From the NCBI GenBank assembly GCA_038087875.1, contig CM075987.1:16308001-16372000 (forward strand): a stretch of 64,000 bases of DNA. Direction: 5' to 3'. Under the pieces are notes generated by a model. The model was not told where the DNA came from. It saw only the letters and a list, made by a program, of their open reading frames with translations, and ran no database searches. A program made the translations under genes and the position numbers. Below, in pieces: positions 42,508-55,237 of the stretch. The stretch comes from Malacoraja senta (lineage: Eukaryota). The stretch's first letter is position 1. Each line of letters starts with the position of its first letter.

Positions 42508-42519
42508 CATAATTTCATC
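42508..42519 (-). CDS. dnm1: Dynamin-1 12-nt microexon (DEIM)
   Basis: ctctatgaag|GAT GAA ATT ATG|gtgagta, with a long polypyrimidine tract upstream. It matches the DEIL peptide between GNQ and VIRKGW in DNM1. Confidence 0.9.
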
Positions 42520-43692
42520 CTTCATAGAGTAACCATAGCAGATGTAAAGAAGCCAAGCAGAGAAGTGGCAAGGGGAAGAAGGTTCAATAAAGAAAGGAAG
42601 AATATAAAATGAGCCGGATTATTACACCAGTAAAATGAATGGCATTTGCTTACAGAACAATCCACTTACAGCAGGAATTACACACCGGTGCTTTCAACTC
42701 ATTCAAGCGCATGGCAGCTATGATTTATACCTGCAAAATGGCTGGCATTCAAAAGTAGTGGAAATTCGGAAGCTAGATGTCAAAAATATATGTTTTTCAA
42801 AAATGGTTGATCTGAAAATATTTGTGGCAAAACAGATGCATTCAAAAAATTCTGGGTTTACAAAAGCTGACCAAGATGAAAATTGACAATGAAAACTCTG
42901 GTCAAAATTTGACTATTGTTCAATTGGATATATTGTCGTCCTTGTACGTCTTATTTTTTCTCTCTTTCAATTACTTTCTTGAATGAGCTTCATTGTCACA
43001 AACGCTTCCTGGATGAGGTAAATAAAAATGAATATCGCAATAAAAGCAACAAAAGAAATAAAGACGAGCGCAGTTGAACAAACTCTTAAAAGGGGGAAAT
43101 AAGCTCTTACAGCGGAAGGAGTCTTCCTTCAAAATCTGGTGACAGGAGCAACCTTTGTTCACCAGGTTCTTGTAGTGAACACCACACTCGTGATCAAATG
43201 AGTGAAGGGATTGGGGATGGTGTGTCTGGTGGGCTGCTTGGAGCTTTACCCATGAAGTCTCTCCCATCTGATCAAATAGCTGCTGCCTGGGCCTTCCCCA
43301 TCGCCCTCCATGGTTACCTGCAGGCCAGCCAATGGCAGGCAGGCATGGGAGCGCGTGCGAGAGCCAGGCAGCAGTGAAGAGAGCTTGAACCGCCAATAGG
43401 AAGGGACCTGGGTTCACGTGACCTTTGCACTCTTCACGGTCCACAAGGAGAAAAACACAAGGCAAGACCTTGGGATCACCATTTTGGTCCAGTGTGGTAG
43501 GGAGCCAGCAAAACCAGGGCAAGCTAACGTTCAGGTCAGACCTGTAACTGGCCTCGGTAACTGCGGGGCTAAAGAACAGGAGAATCAGATGGCCTTTTCA
43601 TTCTAATGGATTTCCAGCAGTGATAAAGATAGAGTCGGATAGACGCTATGAGAGAGAGGGAAGGGAAGGGAAAGGGGTGAGAGCGTGCGGGT

Positions 43693-44248
43693 AAAGGCTC
43701 TGTCTCACGGTGTTGCGGTCATCGGCGGTGAAGCGCGGCGTCGCCGGTAGAGGGGACCGCACGGCAACGGCGAGAGCGCCGAGCCTATGCCACGGGAGCG
43801 CCGCACGGGTGCTGCGCGGGGGCCGAGTGATTTAAATACGGCTGGTCCCACGAGCTTGCGGTAAGTAAAAACAAAGGGCGGGCCGACTGCGATGACGTCA
43901 TTTTGGATCTGCGGGGCTGTGGCGGCGGCCGTCCTGATCGCGGCGCTGTGGCGGCGGCCGTGCCGCACACGTGCCTCACTGGCGGAGGATGTGGCGGCGG
44001 CTGTGGCGGCGGTCGTGCCTCACTGGCGGAGGCTGTGGTGGCGGTCGTGCCTCACTGGCGGAGGCTGTGCGGTAGGAAATGTTTTTTGAACAGTGTTGGT
44101 TTTATTTTAGCACCGTGCGGTGTTGGGAACAACGCCGCACGGCCCCGGAATTGTGCGTTTGACCGAGTGCGCGGTCTATGGCGGCCCAGGAGCGGTAGAT
44201 TCTTCCTGCTTCGCCGCCAATGACCGCAGACTCGTGAGACAGGCCTTT
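43693..44248. mobile_element. PIF/Harbinger-like MITE, CpG-rich
   Basis: TIRs aaaggctctgtctcacggtgttgcggtcatcggcgg and ccgccaatgaccgcagactcgtgagacaggccttt; TAA/TTA-like flanks; internal ~32-bp repeats. Confidence 0.8.
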
Positions 44249-44820
44249 TAGATAGAGGGAGATTTGAAAGACATAAGGAACTGCAGATGCTGGAATCTTG
44301 AGCAAAGTGCTGGAGGAACTCGGTGGGTCTGGCAGCCTCGACGGAGAGAGTGGAGCAACTCCGGAGGGAATAGAGAGGCAACGCTTTGGATCCAGATTTA
44401 AAAGAGGGGAGGGACGGGGAGGGGTACGACAGAGGGTGAAACAGGGGCAGGACAGGGGGGGGGTGAACAGGGTGGGGGGGGAAATGGGGGGAGGGGCATG
44501 TGAAGTAAAGAGAGCGGCAAAAGAGACGGCCAGATAGAGAGGAGATTTGAGTGTGAAAGGGCCAAGAGAGGAGTGAATACAGTGACAGAGCAGCAAGAGG
44601 AAAAGTTAGGGGCGAGTAAGAAGGGTGGGGGGGGGGGAGAAGGAGAGCCAGCAGTGGGTGAGTGATGGAAGAGATGTGTGAGGTATGGCATAATGGCGTG
44701 GGTCTTCACGGGAAATGTCCTGGCCTAAGTTCAGTGTGCTTGACTTCAAAGTGCTGTGGACCAGATGAGTGGGTGGGTAAAGTTGGTAGTTTATGACCCT
44801 CCCAAGTCCAATCTCACCCT

Positions 44821-45286
44821 CGGGAGGGTGCTGGAACGGGAGGGTGCTGGAACGGGAGGGTGCTGGAACGGGAGGGTGTTGGAACGGGAGGGTGCTGGAA
44901 CGGGAGGGTGCTGGAACGGGAGGGTGCTGGAATGGAGGGTGCTGGAACGGGAGGGTGCTGGAACGGGAGGGTGCTGGAACGGGAGGGTGCTGGAACGGGA
45001 GGGTGCTGGAACGGGAGGGTGCTGGAATGGAGGGTGCTGGAACGGGAGGGTGCTGGAACGGGAGGGTGCTGGAATGGAGGGTGCTGGAACGGGAGGGTGC
45101 TGGAACGGGAGGGTGTTGGAACGGGAGGGTGCTGGAACGGGAGGGTGCTGGAACGGGAGGGTGCTGGAATGGGAGGGTGCTGGAACGGGAGGGTGCTGGA
45201 ACGGGAGGGTGCTGGAACGGGAGGGTGCTGGAACGGGAGGGTGCTGGAACGGGAGGGTGCTGGAACGGGAGGGTGCTGGAACGGAG
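44821..45286. repeat. Minisatellite, 16-bp unit GGGAGGGTGCTGGAAC, about 29 copies with occasional 15-bp variants
   Basis: Direct tandem repeats. Confidence 0.96.
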
Positions 45287-45734
45287 TTGGCCGCACTGCC
45301 ATCCCCGGCAGCGTGTGGGCGGGATGTGTTACCCAGGCTAAGACTGTGTCACCAATCACTCATGCCCGTAGCATCTGCAAACCATCAGGCTTATATATTC
45401 TTGCAGCCTCCCCAAGACCAGACCACCCCACCCCCCCCCCCCCCTGAGCCAGGGACCCCCTCGAGGCTCCATGCGACACTGGACTCATTAGTCACCCTCT
45501 GAGAAAATGTCTTTGATCTACATTATGGCCCGCACTTGAACTCCGAGCTCTGCCCTACTTTCAGCGAGAGTAAAGACTAGGAGACCATTCAAGAGACCAG
45601 CATCCGTCCTTTGGGGGCGTTTGCACCCAGATTCAGCCAGTGTTGCCCAAAGGCTGTGCCTCAACCTCCAACCAGACACAACAGCCCCCACTGTATCCCT
45701 ACTCATCAGTCGCTCCCAGTCAGCCTGTAAATAC

Positions 45735-45786
45735 CTGATTGCCTGCCGCCTTCTTCTTGCTCAGCTGACAGCTCCTCGGCTGTGCG
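45735..45786 (-). CDS. dnm1: Dynamin-1 stalk-PH linker exon, 52 bp
   Basis: acag|C GCA CAG CCG AGG...GGC AAT CAG|gtattt; encodes (N)AQPRSCQLSKKKAAGNQ, and its phase completes the AA left by the previous exon. Confidence 0.92.
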
Positions 45787-47320
45787 CTGTGAACAAGACC
45801 AGAAACAACCTTCAGCACAAGAGCCAGCAGCAGAGAAAGGTTTATCAACAACGAGTAAACGACGGGAAAATATCCTGAATAGTCACTGGTTAGCAAGGGT
45901 CACGTCGCAAATTAACGGCCTTCAAATAACCATATTATGTAAAATTGGAAGATCTTTTAGAGGTGTCTAAAATGATGAATTGATAGGGTAGAGTCTTTTA
46001 CCCAGGGTCGGGGAAGTTAGAACTAGGGGACATAGGTTTAAGGTGAGAGGGGAAAGATTTAATAAGAACCTGAGGGGCAACTTTGTCACATTGAGGGTGG
46101 TTGGCATACGGAATGAGCTGCCAGAAGACGTTGTTGAGACAGGTAATATAACGGCATTTAAAAGACACTAGGACAGGTACATGGATAGGAAAGGTTTAGA
46201 GGGATATGGGTAAATGGGACTAGCTGAGATGGGGCATATTGGTCAGCATGGACGTGTTGGGCTGAAGGGCCTGTTGTATGACTCAATGACTCTAAAAAGC
46301 TGAATGCCACAGCTGTCTTTAAAGGCTGCCAGTATGACTGGCTTCATAGTGAGGGAACTATTGTACAGAAACGTCGCCTTAAGTGGCTGAAATGGCTTCA
46401 CTTGGAGATTATCTGCAAGGTGTTTAATCAAGAGGAGCGTTACAGTCCAGTCTGACTTTGCCCTAACCCAACCAATCCTTTGGTGTTGAGGCAGCCCAAC
46501 GATTCAACAAACGGTCTGCAGTGAAGCAAACAATTTGCTGAGACACGCAGTCTGTCTGGAGCACAGAGATTTAAAAACAAATCTGCATCAATATCTCCCA
46601 GTAAAAGCAAAGTCATTCCTCTGGAAACATGTAGTGGGTGGAGGATGGTATGTTTATAGTAAGGACTTCAAATCAAATTCAGTGGCTGAGATGAGAGTGG
46701 TGGTGAAGTTGGATTAATGAGTCACCCCAGCATCTCTGCTCTCGCTCGCTGCAACCTCCAGCCTTCTGACACACAAACATGCCCTACAAACATGCACGGC
46801 AACATACACCTACAGACGCTCAGCTTATGGACAAAATGGTGCCGATACACACCATTTATAAACATACTTGTTAAGTTACAGTTAAATTTGCCCTTTTTAG
46901 ATGTACCGGTACGCTGTACAGTCACAAGATTAGCACTGCGTACAGACATATACACACCCCTATATACGCAAATACACACTCATATACATACCAGCAGCCA
47001 AAATCATGTGCACAGTCACACGCATCCTCATGCACTTACGTACATGAAAGGTTGCGAACACACAAGTGAAGTTAAAGTCAGCAGTTGGAACGTTATTTTA
47101 GAAAGCAGCAGAATACGGAGAAAGGAGTCACCACACTGTGAAGGTGGTGGAGGTTCTCAAAACATTTCTGTTTCCAGACGCCCTGAACCGCCAAGGCAGA
47201 GGAAGCGAGGGAACAAGAGGGGTTAGGGGCTGAGTGGAGATGGGTACTTGATGCTCAGCGTGGATATGGTTGTCAGAAGGCTCCGATTCTATGCAATACA
47301 GCTCTGTGGCTCTATCTCTC

Positions 47321-47741
47321 TCACACACACACACAGGCGGACACACCCACAGGCAGGCACTCGCGCACAGGCGGACACTCACACACACACACAGGCAGAC
47401 ACACACACAGGCAGACACTCACACACAGGCGGACACACACACACAGGCAGACACACACACACACAGGCAGACACACACACACAGGCAGACACACACACAG
47501 GCAGACACTCACACACAGGCAGACACTCACACACACACAGGCAGACACACACACACAAGCGGACACTCATGCACAGGCAGACACACACACACACACAAGC
47601 GGACACTCACACACGCACAGGTTGACACACACACGCACAGGTAGGCACACACACTTGGGGCAGTCACGCAGACAGACAGACACACACACACATGGGATGA
47701 CACACACAAGCAGACACAGACAGACAGCAGACACACACACA
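47321..47741. repeat. CA-rich AGGCAG(AC)n compound repeat
   Basis: Read directly from the sequence. Confidence 0.92.
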
Positions 47742-48009
47742 TTAGGGAGACCAGGTCTGGAAGGTGTTTTGTTTCTCTCCTGCTCCAAGGAGCTGAGGCT
47801 TATGTAGATCCTGCAACATGGGGCCTTTGGGTAGCGCAGGATGGGGATCAGTCAAGCTGGCCTGAACTAGGGATGGAGACAGAGTTGTATTACGATGGGA
47901 AGCCACATTCCATCCACTGAAGCAGCGGGCCAGCCTCGGGTGGAACCAGTGAGTGACAACCTGCTAATTGGCTGTAATCTATGCGGGCGTTGTTCTGACC
48001 GTTCACTTA

Positions 48010-48180
<171 letters not shown>

Positions 48181-48417
48181 TCAGGCAGCATCTGTGGAGG
48201 GAATGGATAGGCTGATGGAACATGGGGGAAGAGGTGGGAATAGGAAAATTATAGGTGGCAACAGGTGATTCCTCTCTATGCCAACTTTCTCACCCCCCTG
48301 CTCCGTCAGTCTGACCCACTGAGTCCGCCAGCATTTTGTGTTTACTTTAGAGATACGGCGTGGAAACAGGCCCTTCTGCCCACCAAGTCCGCGCCGCCCA
48401 GCAATCACCACAGCACT

Positions 48418-48912
48418 TTTACAAGGTTGATTCCCGGGATGGCGGGACTGTCATATGCTGAGAGAATGGAGCAGCTGGGCTTGTATACTCTGGAGTTTAG
48501 AAATGATGAGAGGGGATCTCATTGAAACGTATACGATTGTTAAGGGCTTGGACACGCTAGAGGCAGGAAACATGTTCCCGATGTTGGGGGAGTCCAGAAC
48601 CAGGGGCCACAGTTTAAGAATAAGGAGTAAGCCATTTAGAACGGAGACGAGGAAACACTTTTTCTCACAGAGAGTGGTGAGTCTGTGGAATTCTCTGCCT
48701 CAGAGGGCGGTGGAGGCAGGTTCTCTGGATGCTTTCAAGAGAGAGCTAGATAGGGCTCTTAAAAATAGCAGAGTCAGGGGATATGGGGAGAAGGCAGGAA
48801 CGGGGTACTGATTGGGGTCACATTCACATTCAGCCATGATCACATTGAAGGGTGGTGCTGGCTCGAAGGACCGAATGGCCTACTCCTGCACCTATTGTCT
48901 ATTGTCTATTGT
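48418..48912 (+). mobile_element. CR1 LINE 3' fragment, same subfamily as 36750-37322
   Basis: MRGDLIETYTIVKGLDTLEAGNMFPMLGESRTRGHSL; tattgtc tail. Confidence 0.92.
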
Positions 48913-49758
48913 CACTGTACAGAACATATATGCAGCCCTTTGTCTTTTGCTCAGGATCCCAGCATTTGCAGTTTCTAGTGTCTCAAATCTGCTGGAACTG
49001 CGAGAAGGTTTCAGGCAAACGGTTAGTTTAGTGGTCAAATATATCCGAAGGGAGATTTAGAAACCTTATCCTTCAGGTGGAAAGTTGTTCCAATCTGCAA
49101 CGTCAAGCCTGAAAGAGTGCTGGAAGCAGATAGAGCAACTTGAAAGGATAAGTACACAGAAAGGAAAACGTTGGAATCAGCGATGGTGCAGAGAGCACAA
49201 TTTCCGGTCGCCCCATTGCAGGAAGGATGTGGAGGCTGTGGAGAGGGTGTAGAAGAGGCTTACCGGAATGGCGCCTGGATTAGAGGTTATTAGCTGTAAG
49301 GAGAGGTTGGACAAAGTTGGTTTGTTTCCACTTCAACGTTGAAGGCTAAGGGCAGACCTGATAGGAACATGTACATTTTTGAGAGGCATTGATAAGGCTG
49401 GCAGTCAGAAACTTTTCTCCCAGGGTGGAAATGTCACAGACATAGCTTTAAGGTTAGAGGGGAATATTTAAGGTTGATATGCGAGGTATATATTTTTTGT
49501 ACTCAGAGAGTGGTGAGTGGCTGGAACATGCTGCCTGGAGTGGTGGTGGAGGCAGATACAATAGGAGCATTTTGAATGTGCAGGGAATGGATGTTGATCG
49601 CGTGCAAGCAGAGGAGATCAGTTTAACTTGACATCATGTTGGCCATGAACACCGTGGGCCGAAAGGCTTGTTCCTGTGCTGTACTGTTCTGTGTTCTAAG
49701 TTCCTACGTTGGGCCATTACAAAGCAACAACATGCTCTGGTCTTTCCAGATTCCATAC

Positions 49759-49845
49759 CTGGTCTTTAGTTCTGCCTTCTCGATCTCGGATGTGAGTGGT
49801 CACAATCCGGTCCATTTCTTCCCGCAAGTGTGGAAATTGGCCCAA
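49759..49845 (-). CDS. dnm1: Dynamin-1 stalk exon, 87 bp
   Basis: tacag|TTG GGC CAA...GAC CAG|gtatgg; encodes [29 protein letters not shown] (DNM1-type [11 protein letters not shown]). Confidence 0.96.
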
Positions 49846-52281
49846 CTGTAACAGAGAATGGGGGTGGACAGGTGGAACACAGCCCCAAGTATCTATGTCC
49901 ATTCACGCACAACACTTAGAAAATCTACATATGCACATTGCAATACATTACTGTGATCAGCCAGCACGTGTCTTCCATCAGGTCTAAAACCCCATCCAGG
50001 CTAAGCATGAAGCATGTGTTGGGATTACAGCAGTAAGTAAGATGGAGACAGAGCCAATTTATGAATTTACACGGACATTGGACAAAATTTGTTGTTGTCA
50101 AGTTCAAAGTTTCAATACAACCCAGAAATGCTCGGAGTTCAATGAATTATCAAACATAATAATTAAAAGATTTTTTTTAATTCTCCCCACCTCCAACCTC
50201 AATGGGGGCCAGAGTTGGCTGCGGAGGATATTCATCTGCCCACTGGGAGGCAGGTGATGAGATACTTGGGATGGTGGGACTTCATTGGGCCAAGGGCCAC
50301 AGATTTCCACCATACCTCAAATGAAGGAGGGCAACAAGCAGCTCTGCTCCCTCCCTGTTCCTCTCCAGCCATTCCCACAGCGACCAGCGTCAGTGGCAGT
50401 GGAGGATGAGACAGTATAGGCTGCATAGGCCGGGCCTTAGCTGGAGAACAGGCAAACAAAGATGAACACCACGGGGGGAACTGACGCAGCATGTAGAAAA
50501 TGGAAGTATACGTCTTTTTTGGTTAAAAGGGTTCAGATTCTTTAGCCTAGTTGTGAGGGCAACGTTTAATCCTGGTCAACCCAAAGAGCCAAGTGAACCT
50601 CAATCACTTTGCCATTTATCAGTCTATATTGGGATAAGATTGCCTACGCTGATGCAGTACTGTACAGCAATATGCTCTCCCATAGGTCTCCATGGGCTAG
50701 GTTTCCATTATAGACACACACACACACATATTGTATCCGCATGCAAACAGGCAGCCATGCAAGCTCCAGAGAATAAGATGCGGTGGGGGTAGACAGGAGA
50801 GGGACAGGTAGGTTAGTACACGAGGTGGCAGAATGACAGCACACAGATTGAGGTACGTTTTAACAAAGGCAATGTTGGCCTTAGATGAGAATTTAGTTTG
50901 GTCCTAACTCCTTAACCACATCTGTCTCACCTTTCGGAACTCAATGAGATAAATGAGGCTACGAAATGACAGAGTTCCCTTCCTTGGCATTCAGCGGTGA
51001 GGGGGTGGACAGAGAAGCAGCAAAGCTGGGCTCCCCTTCACTGCCCCAGGCTGACAAATACTGGCCTTCTCCCCATTCCCATCTCCACGCCAATTAGTCA
51101 CAACCCCCCCCCCCCCCCCCCTTCTCAGATTCTTAGTGCCGTTCCAAAAACAGAGATGAAAGGGTGGTTGGAGGGCGTGCACATACACGCAGTAGACATG
51201 CACACATGTACACACGCACACACCCGTGTAGTGGTCGCATCTGGTCTTCTGTCTAAATGCTCAGCTCTCTCGCCCACGCACTAAGATTTGTTCTGATCTC
51301 ATGCCAGGGATTCTTGGGGAGAACATGCTCCAGGAAGATCTCAAACCAAGACCTTCTGCTTGGAGGATCTATTCCTAAAGTGCTTGAGTCATCATTTTGT
51401 TTGGGAGAGGTAAAGATGACCTCCTTGCCGCAGAGCAAGAACAAGATGAGATACAACCGTCGCATTTCCCTCTTCTACAACTAGATAGCCAATTATTAGT
51501 AACGCCAAACAGTATAAATACCCTGAGATTAAAGCTTTCAGGTTGTACGCCCACATTTAGTGAAGCAATGTTCTAAATAATGGATTACGCAGACTGAAAT
51601 CTTCATCATCATTAGAGGACAGAGGACTTTTTGCCGGTATTTCAATGAAGTCATTAGAATGGATAAAAAAAAGGATTAGCGTCTCCAAAGGTAATTGTGC
51701 CAAGTTATAATCTGTCCAGCGGTGATTTGTTTTCTACAATTCTCTCATTACAATTAAGGTTGCATCAATATTTTCCCACAGAACTTGCAGGATGATGTGA
51801 AACTTGTGGAGGGGGTTGGTTGTGGCTGAATAAGAAAGGCCAGCAGGAATGCTTAGCCAATTCATACCACATATATTTCCAACACGCAATACTATTTCGA
51901 CATTCTTGTCGAAACAAAGAGAAACACTCTTGTCTGCGGACGTCAGCAAGAGGTTGATAAAAGCCCAATCCCCTCCAGGTTTTTACAGTGTACTGGAGTT
52001 AGACACAACATGCTGGATCACCTCAGCAGGACAGGCAGCATCTCTAGACAGAAGGAATGGGTGGCATTTCGGGTCCAGACCCTTCTTCGGACTGAGAGTC
52101 AGGGGAGAGGGAAACAAGAGATATGGAAGGGTAAGGTGTGAAAGTGTACCCTTCCATCCTAAGCCCCATAGTTATACTTCAACTTGGAATATCTTAAACT
52201 TAACATCCCACTCAAACCCCACAGCAGGAACACCTGGGACACAAGAACATCTACATTCCCCCATCCAAGCAGTAAGAAGGT

Positions 52282-52403
52282 AGCTGGTGGAGCTGGTGGA
52301 GCTGGTGGAGCTGGCGAACCTGGTGGAGCTGGTGGAGCTGGTGGAGCTGGCGAACCTGACGGAGCTGGCGGAGCTGGTGGAGCTGGTGGAGCTGGTGGAG
52401 CTG
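52282..52403. repeat. 9-bp tandem repeat GGAGCTGGT at the head of a V-SINE
   Basis: Tandem units that run directly into the SINE body. Confidence 0.9.
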
Positions 52404-53407
52404 CCATGTCAGAGACTTGGGTTCGATCCTGACCTCAGGTGCTCTCTGTGTGTGGAATTTGTACCATCTCCCGGTGACCACATGGGTTTCCTCCCACATC
52501 CTAAAGACATGTGGGTTTGCAGGTTAAATGGCCGCTGTAAATTTCCCTTAGTGCCCTTAGGGAGTGGTTGAGAAAGTGAATAACATTTAACTAGTGTGAA
52601 TGGGTGATTGATGGTCAGCGTGCCTTAGGTGTGCCTAAGGACCTGTTTCAATGCTGTATCTCTAAACTAAACGAATGACCATTTTTTGTGTTGACTGCCA
52701 TTGCAAAGTCTGAAGGCTGATATTTTGATTCTAAAGCAAAAAGGAACGCAGCGGGTCGGGCTGCATTTGTGAAGGGAATGGAGGAATGATATTTTGGTCA
52801 GGACACTTCTTCATACATCGTTCATTCATCCATTCCCTCCACAGATGCTGCCTGACCCGCTGAGTTACTCCAGTACTTTGCCCTTTGCTCAAGATTTCAG
52901 CATCTGAGCAGTTCCTTGTGTCTCCTTCCCACAGCAAGGGAGTTTTCCACTGCACACAGCAGGGGGCAAAAGCTCAGTCACTGTGTTGGTGTCTGTATTC
53001 AACTGAACAACAGCAGCACAACATGATTAAACGCCTCTAGGTGTCAATTTCTCTGGGATGACGAGGTCACAAGGCAAGGGTAACAAGGAAAGAATCTTGC
53101 CAATTACTGCCGCCGCTGGTTTAAAGACATTAACTGAGAGGCCACATTAATTACATACAGAAAGCTTTCTGTGACACTTATGAACCTCAAGTTCCTCATT
53201 AGAGCAAAGGCACTACTAATGAATTGGGCCATGATTAGATCAAGTGATAAGGTGCAGACAGAGCAGCTGGAGTGTTCAAGCTTGTTACCGTCTGATTAGA
53301 TTGTGGCTGATCGCCACATTATTCTGTTTCCCCTGCCTCGGCCCTGCAAGTCTTGCCTAACAAACACCTACAATTCACCAAAAAGAAGATGCAAGGTGCT
53401 GGAGTAA

Positions 53408-53808
53408 AGGGCCTGTCCACTTTCATGAGTTGTTCACGAATGCTCCTGAGTTTTCCCCTTGATTCAAACTCGCAGAATGTTCGTAACGAGTCCGTGGGAG
53501 GTCGTAGCGGCCCGTTATGCCAGCCGTAAGTACTCGTGGCATCAGGTAGTCGGGACGTTTTTTCCAGCCCGATAAAAAATGTCCATGAGTAAAAAAAATG
53601 GTCGGGATGAAAGAAATTGCAACTTTTTACTCGTAAGGAGGGCATCGAAATAGTCGTGGGAATTCGTAGACATACTCGTAGGAGTTCATGAGCATAGTCG
53701 TGGAAGGTCGTAGGAGTTCATAGATTACCACAATCTTGATTTTTTATTTTTTAGGTCCTTTAAACTCGGCAGAGGTTTGAATTAAGTCATGAAAGTGGGA
53801 CAGGCCCT
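53408..53808. mobile_element. PIF/Harbinger-like MITE
   Basis: TIRs agggcctgtccactttcatga and tcatgaaagtgggacaggccct; left flank TAA. Confidence 0.82.
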
Positions 53809-54217
53809 TACATTGATTGTGTCTAACTAAAAATCTCAGTTTTGGCACTTACAAAAATGGGACAGATGTTCAGACATGCCTGCCCTGTGTTATCTTATCA
53901 GCCCCACAAACCAGAAGCATTTCTGACCCTTGTACTGAATTGACTAAAAGAAAAATATTTGTCTATCCCAATAAATCTTTTAATCAGCTTAACACTTTAA
54001 CCTTCCCTGGTGAAGACGACACAGGTTTTGCAACATTTTCCCAGCATTGAACTCGGTGTAATCACAATATCACTCTGTGGGTTGGAGATGGGACACAAAC
54101 TGGACCCGAGAGATTTGGGCTCGGTGATTCTCGTGCAGCTCATGTCAGGAATAGGGGGCTGATGCTTCAGCTACAGACGGGGGGGTGTAATCTCTGCTGC
54201 CTTACACACTCTTCCAA

Positions 54218-54920
54218 AAAACAAAGTGCTGGGGTAACGCAGCAGGTCAGGCAGCATCTCTGGAGAACATGTGGGCTGGATGACGTTTCGGGTCGGGACT
54301 CATCCTCAGACTGATTCTAGAGGGTGGGGAGCGGGGTGAGCAAAGCTACAACAGAGGAGGGGCAGGGCAAAGCTTGGCAACTAAGAGGTGAAGGCGGGGG
54401 GGGGGGGAGGGCAAGAGAGGGAAGGGGGAGGGAGGGAAGGGGGATGGGGGTTGATTTGGGTTGTAAGGCACATGGTTGGACAAAGGCCAGAGATGAAAAT
54501 AAAGTTATGAGACAAAAGGGTTGAAAAGTTGCGAATTGTGAAGCCAGAGGAAGGAACAAAAGTGGAGGTGGAGAGGGAGAGGGAGGGGAGAGACCGGTGC
54601 AAATCTAGATGGGTCATGGGAGAAAGAGGGAGGGGAGGGGAGGGGAGGGGAGGGGAGGGGAGGGGGGGGGGGGCGGGGGGGAGATCCAGCATTTTCTGCT
54701 TTTATTCCAGATTTAATTTGGTCAATTCAGATAGTGATTGGCCCAATTGCTCCAAACCCAGCCTTGGCCCTATTCCACCTTCCTTCTCCTTGCATGACAA
54801 TCCTCGTTTACAATCAGTCTGAAACACCTATCCATGTTCTCGAGAGATGCTGCCTGACTCGCTGAGTTAATCCAGCACTTTCTGCCTTTTTTTTGTAAAC
54901 CAGCATTTGCAGTTCCTTAT
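54218..54920. mobile_element. Penelope-derived element with inverted pseudo-LTR ends
   Basis: Left end caaagtgctggggtaacgcagcaggtcaggcagcatctctgg; right end agatgctgcctgactcgctgagttaatccagcac. Hammerhead-like core on the minus strand at ~54282-54309. Confidence 0.7.
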
Positions 54921-55237
54921 GCCTAATCGCTGTTTACCATTCAACCTTCCAGCACCCCCATCCCTGACTTCCCTACTAGCCTCTCCCTTCCTGTACAATA
55001 CTTCCAGCCATTTGCTCCTTATCTCAAGACTTCTTTACCTCCAACTTTTCTCTGTTCATCGACCTTGAACGTTAACTCTGTTTCTCTCTCCACAGATGCT
55101 CCCTGACCTGCTGAGTAGATCCAGCATTTCAATTCAGATTTCAAACTTCTTCACTATTTTGCTTTTGTGTTAGTAAAGATTTTAATTGATCTAATTAAAA
55201 AGGAACTACATCAGTAAGATTTCAGAGCTGAAACTTA

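Noticed and set aside
42971..43522. 183-aa minus-strand ORF
   Set aside because: No recognisable domain, intronic, and no support as an exon.
44756..45502. Overlapping 180-250 aa repetitive ORFs
   Set aside because: Products of the 16-bp minisatellite.
52159..52571. Collagen- or elastin-like GAG/PPA repeat ORFs
   Set aside because: Translation of the 9-bp repeat at a SINE head.
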